From: an uncultured virus (IMG/VR IMGVR_UViG_3300032167_000097) | Taxonomy: Duplodnaviria; Heunggongvirae; Uroviricota; Caudoviricetes | Direction: 5' to 3' (one strand) | IMG/VR virus record: IMGVR_UViG_3300032167_000097 | DNA length: 20,000 bases | In this document: positions 8,598 to 14,982 of the stretch, in pieces | How positions within the stretch are numbered: position 1 is the first letter of the stretch | Layout of the letters: each line of letters starts with the position of its first letter | Program-made: the position numbers and the translations under genes | Notes under the pieces: generated by a model | What the model was told of the DNA's origin: nothing | Databases searched by the model: none | What the model saw: the letters and a program-made list of their open reading frames with translations, nothing else

Positions 8598-8783
8598 TTA
8601 TTTTTCTTTCCAAAAAATTGTATTAAACCAATCATTAGGAAGTTCTTCATTTCCATTTTTAAAATCATCTTCTTTAGTTTCTAAAAAATCCAATATTGCA
8701 ACCATTAAATCTTCAATACTTGTAATTTCTTTATCTATTGTTTCTTCATTAGTTACATATTTATTTCCGTATATAATATTCAT
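8598..8783 (-). CDS. hypothetical protein
   Basis: 61 aa; SD AAGGTAGG. Confidence 0.7.
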   Translation of the reverse strand: MNIIYGNKYVTNEETIDKEITSIEDLMVAILDFLETKEDDFKNGNEELPNDWFNTIFWKEK

Positions 8784-8790
8784 AAAATAC

Positions 8791-8973
8791 CTACCTTTTG
8801 TTTAATTTATTTGCTTTATATTCTGCTTGTCTTTTAAATAAATAACATCTTTTTAGTCCGTTAATTCCGTACCATTTAAAACAACAATTTAAATGCCCTA
8901 ATAAACTATAAGGTAAAACTTTATATGTATAAGAATTATTATTAAAAATTTTATCTACTTTCCATAATGTCAT
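8791..8973 (-). CDS. hypothetical protein
   Basis: 60 aa; SD AGGGAG. Confidence 0.7.
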   Translation of the reverse strand: MTLWKVDKIFNNNSYTYKVLPYSLLGHLNCCFKWYGINGLKRCYLFKRQAEYKANKLNKR

Positions 8974-8985
8974 ATTTATTTCTCC

Positions 8986-9273
8986 CTATTTAGCACAAAA
9001 CATTAAAATTTCTTGTTCTGTTATTTCTGGAACAATTTCACTTATTGTACTAGCAAGATATGTATTATCGTCAAACTGTTCAATTAAATAGTTAATTGTA
9101 TTTTTTAATAAGTTGTATGTAAAATGGTTTTTCATTGGTTCAGGAAATTCAGTTCTCATATATTCCATAAATCCATTGTCATCAAACCATTTAGTTGTTT
9201 CATATACAAATCCATTGTCACAACTATTACTATTACATTCATAATAATGTTGACAATTAGCACAATCTTTCAT
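8986..9273 (-). CDS. hypothetical protein with N-terminal Cys cluster
   Basis: CANCQHYYECNSNSC; SD AAAGGA. Confidence 0.75.
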   Translation of the reverse strand: MKDCANCQHYYECNSNSCDNGFVYETTKWFDDNGFMEYMRTEFPEPMKNHFTYNLLKNTINYLIEQFDDNTYLASTISEIVPEITEQEILMFCAK

Positions 9274-9309
9274 ATTTATGATTCCTTTCTATATAAGTCT
9301 TATTTCTCC

Positions 9310-9489
9310 TTACCAATTTCCGTCTGTTATTACTAAACAACCTAAATTATAATTACTACCGTTCTCATTATATCCAACACTATTATGATAAAAAGCTAAT
9401 GGAAAATAACCATCAGGACATTCAAGTAATAAAGGCTTATCAAAGTCAATATTTTCTTCCTTACAAAATCTAATTATGAATTTATCAAC
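9310..9489 (-). pseudogene. start-less 59-codon reading frame (5'-truncated gene remnant)
   Basis: VDKFIIRFCKEENIDFDKPLLLECPDGYFPLAFY...LVITDGNW*; in-frame TAA immediately upstream and no ATG/GTG/TTG in frame. Confidence 0.45.
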
Positions 9490-9685
9490 TTAATTTTTTA
9501 AACAATACAATTTTTCCAGTAACAATTCTGAAATAGTAAATTTCATTATTATATTCATAAGTTGCTATTTCAACATATATTGGTTCTTCAAATATATCAG
9601 AAGATAAACAAAATCCGTTATCTAAAATCTCTTTCATAAATGTTAGTTGTTCTTCTGTATATTCAAATATTTTCTTTGGGTTCAT
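9485..9685 (-). CDS. hypothetical protein
   Basis: Start moved to MNPKK with SD GGAG. Confidence 0.7.
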   Translation of the reverse strand: MNPKKIFEYTEEQLTFMKEILDNGFCLSSDIFEEPIYVEIATYEYNNEIYYFRIVTGKIVLFKKLS

Positions 9686-9723
9686 TTTATTTCTCTCCAA
9701 TTTCTTTATTTAAAATTGTGTTT

Positions 9724-9933
9724 CTATCGAGCCATTACTTGTGATACCTCTTCTACAGATTGCATAGCAGAACCAACCGTTATATACATCCAATCTAACT
9801 CATCAATGTCTTCTTGTGCTATACCATCGGTTTCACTTGCATTAACAATATCTGTATGTAATGCTTTTAAATTATCAAGTAAATTTTCAAACATTTGTAA
9901 TATTCCGTCATACTGTTCATAAATATTTTCCAT
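9724..9933 (-). CDS. hypothetical acidic helical protein
   Basis: Start moved to MENIY with SD GGAG. Confidence 0.7.
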   Translation of the reverse strand: MENIYEQYDGILQMFENLLDNLKALHTDIVNASETDGIAQEDIDELDWMYITVGSAMQSVEEVSQVMAR

Positions 9934-9959
9934 ACTTATTTCTCCAATCAAATCATTAT

Positions 9960-10145
9960 TTATTTCTCTATGCTCTCAACTTTATGAATATCTTCTTTTC
10001 TATATTTTTTCAATTCCTCAAGATATTCAACAATTTGCTCATACTCTTTCTCCTTATAATAGTCCATACGATTCAGACTTTGCTTCGCCTTTTCTGCCTT
10101 TGTTTTATATTTATTTATAAGTCCATCAATAGTATATTGTTTCAT
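9960..10145 (-). CDS. hypothetical protein
   Basis: 61 aa; SD AAGGAG; first gene after promoter at 10191-10219. Confidence 0.75.
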   Translation of the reverse strand: MKQYTIDGLINKYKTKAEKAKQSLNRMDYYKEKEYEQIVEYLEELKKYRKEDIHKVESIEK

Positions 10146-10190
10146 ATCTTTTTCTCCTTAATTTATTTCGTAACTGTTTTCTATGTATAT

Positions 10191-10219
10191 AATATAACAC
10201 ATTTTTATAAATTTGTCAA
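10191..10219 (-). promoter_or_regulatory. sigma-A-type promoter P3
   Basis: TTGACA (10219-10214), 17 bp spacer, TATATT (10196-10191) preceded by TGT. Confidence 0.8.
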
Positions 10220-10249
10220 TAAATTTTTTAAGCATATTAAATAATTTTT

Positions 10250-10288
10250 AATAAAAATAAGAGAGATTATATAAATAAATCTCCCTTA
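10250..10288 (-). terminator. intrinsic terminator
   Basis: TAAGGGAGATT / AATCTCTCTTA stem followed by TTTTTATT. Confidence 0.75.
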
Positions 10289-10639
10289 CTTTTTCATTTC
10301 TTTTAATTTTTCATTTGCTTGTTCTTTTGTTAAAAAGATAGTTTTTCCAATATTTTTAATATCTTCTAATCTAAAAGATGTAGCACATACAATATAATAA
10401 ATTGAATCGTCATAATTAGCTCTCTGTGAAACAATTTTATATACAAAATCTCCCTCTTTACAAGGTAATTCTAGTAATAATCCATTTTCTGCCTTTTGTT
10501 CATAATATCCTAATTTTTGAACAATCTTATTTACTTTTTCAGTATCTAATGCAGGTTCTCCCCAATCAATATATTCTGTATCATAAATATCTGCAATAAA
10601 TATATTTTTTTCTTCATCAAATTCAGTTAATCTATTCAT
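10286..10639 (-). CDS. hypothetical phage protein (MxRLT...LPCKxGDxVY...IGKTIFLT family)
   Basis: Start moved to MNRLT (SD GGGAG); motifs typical of Firmicutes phage proteins. Confidence 0.8.
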   Translation of the reverse strand: MNRLTEFDEEKNIFIADIYDTEYIDWGEPALDTEKVNKIVQKLGYYEQKAENGLLLELPCKEGDFVYKIVSQRANYDDSIYYIVCATSFRLEDIKNIGKTIFLTKEQANEKLKEMKK

Positions 10640-10811
10640 TATTACATCTCCCAACAAATTCACTAACAATATTGCATAATTCATTATAACAATCCGTACA
10701 TAAATCTACATCATCACATCTATCAAAGTCGTCTATTTGTAATTCAGAATATCCGTTAATAGCATTAAATTCTGTACCACAATGGTCACAAATATATACA
10801 GTCTTTTTCAT
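10632..10811 (-). CDS. small CxxC...CxxC zinc-finger protein
   Basis: Start moved to MKKTV (SD AAGGAG); YICDHCG...DLCTDC. Confidence 0.75.
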   Translation of the reverse strand: MKKTVYICDHCGTEFNAINGYSELQIDDFDRCDDVDLCTDCYNELCNIVSEFVGRCNNE

Positions 10812-10825
10812 AATAAATTCTCCTT

Positions 10826-11149
10826 TTAAATACAACCACCACAACAACCATAAGGAACATTACTATTAAAAATAACATCAATTTCTGACGCATAGTTCCT
10901 ATATTGTTCTGGAATTGAATTTACTTCAATTTGCCATTCTCCCTTTTTAGTAGAATAATCTCTAGTAATACAACCACCACTATACCAAAATTTCTCATAA
11001 TCAATATCTTTCATATAAGACGGTCCAAATGTAACCTTTTTACCGTCAATTTCAAGAGTTAATACACCACTACATAAATTTGGATAACGACCATTATATG
11101 AAATAAATTTAATATGCTCATTTTCTAAATCATCATAATTTACTAACAT
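10826..11149 (-). CDS. hypothetical phage protein
   Basis: 107 aa; YPNLCSG, FWYSGG and C-terminal GCCGGCI motifs. Confidence 0.8.
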   Translation of the reverse strand: MLVNYDDLENEHIKFISYNGRYPNLCSGVLTLEIDGKKVTFGPSYMKDIDYEKFWYSGGCITRDYSTKKGEWQIEVNSIPEQYRNYASEIDVIFNSNVPYGCCGGCI

Positions 11150-11161
11150 AATATATCTCTC

Positions 11162-11332
11162 CTAATCAAATTCCTTACTAATAGGAAATTTATCTAATAA
11201 TTTAATTGATTCATATAAACCTGCGATTTTAATATCAGCATTTCTAGTGTCTAACATTTGTAAATTCGCAATATGTGTCATAATATATTTTTCAAATTCA
11301 CTTTTTAAAATATATCCGTCTTTCTTTTTCAT
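11162..11332 (-). CDS. hypothetical protein (56 aa; not in ORF track)
   Basis: MKKKDGYILKSEFEKYIMTHIANLQMLD...PISKEFD; start overlaps upstream stop (TAATG). Confidence 0.65.
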   Translation of the reverse strand: MKKKDGYILKSEFEKYIMTHIANLQMLDTRNADIKIAGLYESIKLLDKFPISKEFD

Positions 11333-11643
11333 TATCTTTTACCTTTCAATTTCATTTCATATTGCATATCTGCTAAAGCAAATTCTGCATCTTTAAGATT
11401 TGTAAATACAGTTTTTCTAAAACTTTCTTCTCTAAAAAACCATTCAGATGCAACTGTTTCTTGTGAATACCAAAATTCCTTTACAATAGTAGGTGTTGCC
11501 ACTCCATCTACTAAAATAGTTACCTTTTTAATATTTATAGAAGTGATTTTACATTTTTCAATAATACCCTCTGTTACATTTTTAATTACATATACAATAT
11601 CATCAATTAAGACAGGTACTTGAATTTCTTTCATTCTAGCCAT
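11332..11643 (-). CDS. hypothetical phage protein
   Basis: VPVLIDDIVYVI...FRKTVFTNLKDAEFAL, related to the C-terminal part of 10286-10639. Confidence 0.8.
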   Translation of the reverse strand: MARMKEIQVPVLIDDIVYVIKNVTEGIIEKCKITSINIKKVTILVDGVATPTIVKEFWYSQETVASEWFFREESFRKTVFTNLKDAEFALADMQYEMKLKGKR

Positions 11644-11653
11644 AAGTTACTCC

Positions 11654-11911
11654 TTACTCATAGTAAAATTTAACAGTTTCTTTAAATTCTTTATTTTTCT
11701 CATTAAAATATTCATATAATACTTTTAATGCTGATACAATTTTATCACATTCACTTATAGTTAATTCTTCTTCATATTGCATTAAAGTATTTTGCCAATA
11801 ATTAAATACCCTTAAATAAGGATTTTTAATATTATCATCATAAGGTGTAAAATCTTCTCCCCTTTTAATACTCTTTGCAATACATAATAATTGGTCAAAT
11901 TTTCGTAACAT
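11654..11911 (-). CDS. hypothetical protein
   Basis: Start moved to MLRKF with SD AAAGGAG. Confidence 0.75.
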   Translation of the reverse strand: MLRKFDQLLCIAKSIKRGEDFTPYDDNIKNPYLRVFNYWQNTLMQYEEELTISECDKIVSALKVLYEYFNEKNKEFKETVKFYYE

Positions 11912-11934
11912 AAAAATATCTCCTTTCATAAAAA

Positions 11935-12021
11935 GAACTTGGAGGGGATTTGAACCCCTCGTCTTTACTTAATCAAATAAATGATTAGAGGTAATGCACT
12001 AACCCGACTATGCTACAAGTT
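11935..12021 (-). tRNA. atypical tRNA-like RNA A (extended anticodon arm; identity undetermined, possible CUA)
   Basis: AACTTG/CAAGTT acceptor; D arm GCAT-AGTCGGGTTA-GTGC; T arm GAGGGG-TTCAAAT-CCCCTC; anticodon stem TTAC/GTAA encloses 22 nt; no encoded CCA. Confidence 0.65.
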
Positions 12022-12102
12022 ATCCCTTTTTTGTAGAGTAGTGACGAAATCTACCCATTCCCTTATGTTGTCATCATTAGGGATTATTCCTTGTGGGAAT
12101 AA

Positions 12103-12322
12103 AGATTGTAGATGGGATTTGAACCCATAAATGAAGTAGTTCCTCTAATAATTCGATAATCAAATACTTTACATTTTGCACATAATATATTTCTTCAATT
12201 ATTTCCTTATTGTTCTTTTAAGTGGTACATACTGTGCAATATGTATTACTCCAAATAAAAGTGAGTCATATTTCCTTCGCCCGTCCATACGGGTGTGTCT
12301 ACGCTTTTCCACCACTACAATC
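12103..12322 (-). ncRNA. tRNA-like RNA B with about 150-nt insert
   Basis: GATTGTAG/CTACAATC acceptor; Leu-like D arm GGTGGAAAAGCGTAGACAC; CCCGT-ATGG-ACGGG arm with 4-nt loop; T arm ATGGG-TTCAAAT-CCCAT. Confidence 0.7.
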
Positions 12323-12324
12323 AC

Positions 12325-12456
12325 TGGATTGGTACGGAATTGAACCGTCTTGCTCCCATAGCGTCTTACACTTATTAAGTGTATCGGTGGACTCGAACCA
12401 CATTTCAACATCTGCCTGCCAGCCTAGATGTAGTGCCCTCTTTACACACCAATCCA
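12325..12456 (-). ncRNA. tRNA-like RNA C with two T-loop arms
   Basis: TGGATTGGT/ACCAATCCA terminal helix; outer T arm ACGG-TTCAATT-CCGT; inner T arm GTGG-TTCGAGT-CCAC; ACATCT/AGATGT and TACACTT/AAGTGTA stems. Confidence 0.7.
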
Positions 12457-12589
12457 AATATTGTGCTATTAGCATATCTGACAATATCTAATAGCTGGTT
12501 CTGTATTTTACGCATTGCAGAACACCATTTGCGAGTTTTTGTAGTGGTTACATATGTCAGTATGACTACTACGAGTTTTCTTTCTCAAA

Positions 12590-12736
12590 ATGAGTAGGTA
12601 AGGATTTGAACCTTACAACAGACCAGGAGTTTCCCAATGTAACAACTTACTAATGACGGACTCGAACCGTAATACCTAGTCTTTTCGTTAGTTACTTTCA
12701 CTTTCTCCATACACCTTTTCGGAGATTTACTACTCA
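12590..12736 (-). ncRNA. tRNA-like RNA D with two T-loop arms
   Basis: TGAGTAG/CTACTCA acceptor; T arm GTAAGG-TTCAAAT-CCTTAC; TCTCC/GGAGA D-like arm; inner ACGG-TTCGAGT-CCGT. Confidence 0.7.
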
Positions 12737-12741
12737 ATTAT

Positions 12742-12770
12742 ATTTTATATAATAATACAATTTTATACAA
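12742..12770 (-). promoter_or_regulatory. possible promoter for the tRNA-like array
   Basis: TTGTAT-N17-TAAAAT places +1 at about 12735, the 5' end of RNA D; weak evidence in AT-rich DNA. Confidence 0.35.
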
Positions 12771-12792
12771 CTTTCTTCATATTTATTATCCC

Positions 12793-12978
12793 TTATACAT
12801 TCATAGTTCCGTCAAGATAATCATTTAATTCTTCATAATAATCTTGTAATGATTCTCCATCGTCTAACAAATCTTCGGTATCAAATAATAAATCTGCTAA
12901 ACATTGTTCTTCTTGTTGACAAATAACTCTTTCATATAAACAAGATTGACATTCAGTTCCATTACTTAAATTGCTCAT
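12793..12978 (-). CDS. hypothetical acidic protein
   Basis: 61 aa; CQSC; SD AAGGAG. Confidence 0.7.
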   Translation of the reverse strand: MSNLSNGTECQSCLYERVICQQEEQCLADLLFDTEDLLDDGESLQDYYEELNDYLDGTMNV

Positions 12979-12988
12979 AATATCTCCT

Positions 12989-13207
12989 TTAATTCATATC
13001 TCTACCCATTACAAAATAACCATTTCCCATACCACAATATTTATGATTTACAACAAGTACATCATTATATTGAGTTTCTAATTTATTAGCCATTTCCATA
13101 GCATCATTTATTTTTCTATAACAACCATTACTAGGTGCTAATATTTTAAAACCCTCTTTTTTTAATTGTTCTTGAATTTCCCATTCGTGTTCAACCCTTA
13201 TTTCCAT
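12989..13207 (-). CDS. hypothetical protein
   Basis: 72 aa co-oriented ORF. Confidence 0.7.
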   Translation of the reverse strand: MEIRVEHEWEIQEQLKKEGFKILAPSNGCYRKINDAMEMANKLETQYNDVLVVNHKYCGMGNGYFVMGRDMN

Positions 13208-13208
13208 A

Positions 13209-13391
13209 TTAATTTTTCTCCGATTTCATTTCTTCTAATATATAATCAGCATCTCTATCTAAATCCAACACTTCATTTGCAATTAAATTTGCAGTTTTCC
13301 TATCACAATGAGCAATCATCATAATATGATTTTCCATTACGGTCATAATATTATTATGTGATGCCTTAAATTCTTCTTTTGTTAATCTCAT
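13209..13391 (-). CDS. hypothetical protein
   Basis: 60 aa; SD AAGGAG. Confidence 0.7.
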   Translation of the reverse strand: MRLTKEEFKASHNNIMTVMENHIMMIAHCDRKTANLIANEVLDLDRDADYILEEMKSEKN

Positions 13392-13410
13392 AAATTTACT
13401 CCTTATATAT

Positions 13411-13587
13411 TTACTTTTCAGTTAATATAAGATATTCACAAACAACTCTTTCATTTAAATCGGTAATAGCGTCTGATAAATTATCAAAGGTTTCCATTTG
13501 TCCATTATTACAAATACCACCACCAGTTGAAATCATAATTTCTCCATTATCTAATTTAACTAATTCAATAAATACTCTTGTTTCCAT
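13411..13587 (-). CDS. hypothetical protein (58 aa; not in ORF track)
   Basis: METRVFIELVKLDNGEIMISTGGGIC...YLILTEK; SD AAGGAG. Confidence 0.7.
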   Translation of the reverse strand: METRVFIELVKLDNGEIMISTGGGICNNGQMETFDNLSDAITDLNERVVCEYLILTEK

Positions 13588-13601
13588 TATATTATTTCTC
13601 C

Positions 13602-13853
13602 TTAATTAGATAAAATTATATTTTTAAAACTATTTAATACAATATCTTTTGAAACATTTAATTCATTACTAATATTGTAAATTAAATTATTTAAGTATTT
13701 CTCACAAATATAAGTATCAATAGCATTTTGTGCTTGTGTAATATCAGCATAATGATTATAAGTAAATCCCTCTCCATAAACGAAATATCTTATATCAAAA
13801 CACACAATTTCTGGTTTAATTATATATTCCTTGTAGGTTATATAATCTTTCAT
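13602..13853 (-). CDS. hypothetical protein
   Basis: 83 aa; SD AAGGAG. Confidence 0.7.
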   Translation of the reverse strand: MKDYITYKEYIIKPEIVCFDIRYFVYGEGFTYNHYADITQAQNAIDTYICEKYLNNLIYNISNELNVSKDIVLNSFKNIILSN

Positions 13854-14041
13854 ATATTCTTCTCCTTTATATATTTAATAATAGAAATTAACCAACATAA
13901 ACATATAATTATACTATTAGTAATATGTAAACTTTGTGGACTAATTATAAATATAACTACTATTTCAAATACACATACAGAAAAAATAAATAATAATAAA
14001 TGTTCAGTTATAAAATTTATAAAATTATTTATTATTTTCAT
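13850..14041 (-). CDS. small membrane protein (2 TM)
   Basis: Start moved to MKIIN with SD AAGGAG; two hydrophobic helices and basic C-terminus. Confidence 0.7.
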   Translation of the reverse strand: MKIINNFINFITEHLLLFIFSVCVFEIVVIFIISPQSLHITNSIIICLCWLISIIKYIKEKNI

Positions 14042-14054
14042 ATAATACAACTCC

Positions 14055-14405
14055 TTAAAAACCCAATGCTTTCCTAATATCTTTTTGTGCCTTTTTATAA
14101 CCATCTTCCCAAGAATATTGCTTTTCTCTATCAAGAATTTTAAAGAACTCGTCAACAGATAAATGCTTTAACATAATAGATACTGCTTTTCTTTGAACAC
14201 TCTCATTATTTTGATTTTCTTCTTTTAAAAGCCATTCTTTAATTTCAGCACCCTCTTTAGAGTCTTTATAAATATAAATTCTAGTATCAGTAATATCACA
14301 ATTTAATATATAATACATAGAATTTTCAGACACATCAGCACCATACCACATACAATGGGAATTAAATTTTGACGGTTTTGTAGTTCCTATTACTAATTCT
14401 TTCAT
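14055..14405 (-). CDS. hypothetical protein
   Basis: 116 aa; SD AAGGAG. Confidence 0.8.
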   Translation of the reverse strand: MKELVIGTTKPSKFNSHCMWYGADVSENSMYYILNCDITDTRIYIYKDSKEGAEIKEWLLKEENQNNESVQRKAVSIMLKHLSVDEFFKILDREKQYSWEDGYKKAQKDIRKALGF

Positions 14406-14417
14406 AAAAATATCTCC

Positions 14418-14600
14418 TTAACTATATGGAACAAATTCCTTTGCAAGAGTTCTTAAACAGTCGTCACATAAAGAAAATGCAACAATATTAGCACCCTTAT
14501 AGGCACTTCCATTACGATTAATATTAATTTCTCTTGCAGATTTGTTTTTATCACAACAAGATATACAAATCTCGTGTTTCTTTGTCTTTACCTCTAACAT
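14418..14600 (-). CDS. small CxxC...CxxC zinc-finger protein
   Basis: CISC...LCDDC; SD AAGGAG. Confidence 0.75.
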   Translation of the reverse strand: MLEVKTKKHEICISCCDKNKSAREININRNGSAYKGANIVAFSLCDDCLRTLAKEFVPYS

Positions 14601-14613
14601 AAAATTACACTCC

Positions 14614-14901
14614 TTATTCTTTTTCTACTAACTCACCTGCGATGTACTCAAAATTATCAAATTCACAAGGTATAATTTCGTCTGTCCAAGCTAAAATATT
14701 ATGTGAACAACCACTATTAGAACCAATATCTGTCCAATGATTATCTTTTTTATGGTATTCCATAGTTCTTAAATATCTATATATTTTACCGTCAATCTTG
14801 CGAACACAGGTACATAAATATATTCCAGATTTTTTAGGTTGATTAGTAACATTTGCATAAAGTACATTTTCAAATTCTTTACTTAAAATAATATTCCACA
14901 T
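14614..14901 (-). CDS. DUF551-like protein
   Basis: QPKKSGIYLCT...W...ILAWTDEIIP pattern. Confidence 0.55.
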   Translation of the reverse strand: MWNIILSKEFENVLYANVTNQPKKSGIYLCTCVRKIDGKIYRYLRTMEYHKKDNHWTDIGSNSGCSHNILAWTDEIIPCEFDNFEYIAGELVEKE

Positions 14902-14936
14902 ATTATATCTCCGTAATATTCTTTGTTTATGTGATA

Positions 14937-14965
14937 ATCATATCACATTTATTTCTATTTGTAAA
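14937..14965 (-). promoter_or_regulatory. sigma-A-type promoter P4
   Basis: TTTACA (14965-14960), 17 bp spacer, TATGAT (14942-14937) preceded by TGA; no terminator hairpin seen upstream. Confidence 0.8.
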
Positions 14966-14982
14966 CAATTTTTTTAATATAT

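Noticed and set aside
12246..12269. Mini-ORF MTHFYLE inside RNA B
   Set aside because: Only 7 codons and the SD-like AAGGA is just 3 nt from the ATG; likely chance
12103..12322. tmRNA or group I intron-containing tRNA
   Set aside because: No Ala acceptor (GGGG...G3.U70, CCA), no recognisable tag peptide, and no group I core motifs; the insert is short
12022..12590. Theta/HDV-like or hammerhead ribozymes 3' of the tRNA-like units
   Set aside because: I could not build the nested double pseudoknot or find a CUGAUGA/GAAA core by eye; a motif search is still worthwhile
12199..12597. ORF-track entries 12199-12411, 12222-12491, 12299-12484 and 12379-12597
   Set aside because: They overlap the more GC-rich structured RNA array, lack convincing SD sites and have atypical composition
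13850..14041. Holin call for the small 2-TM proteins (also 5263-5451)
   Set aside because: No endolysin or late-gene context; hydrophobicity alone is insufficient
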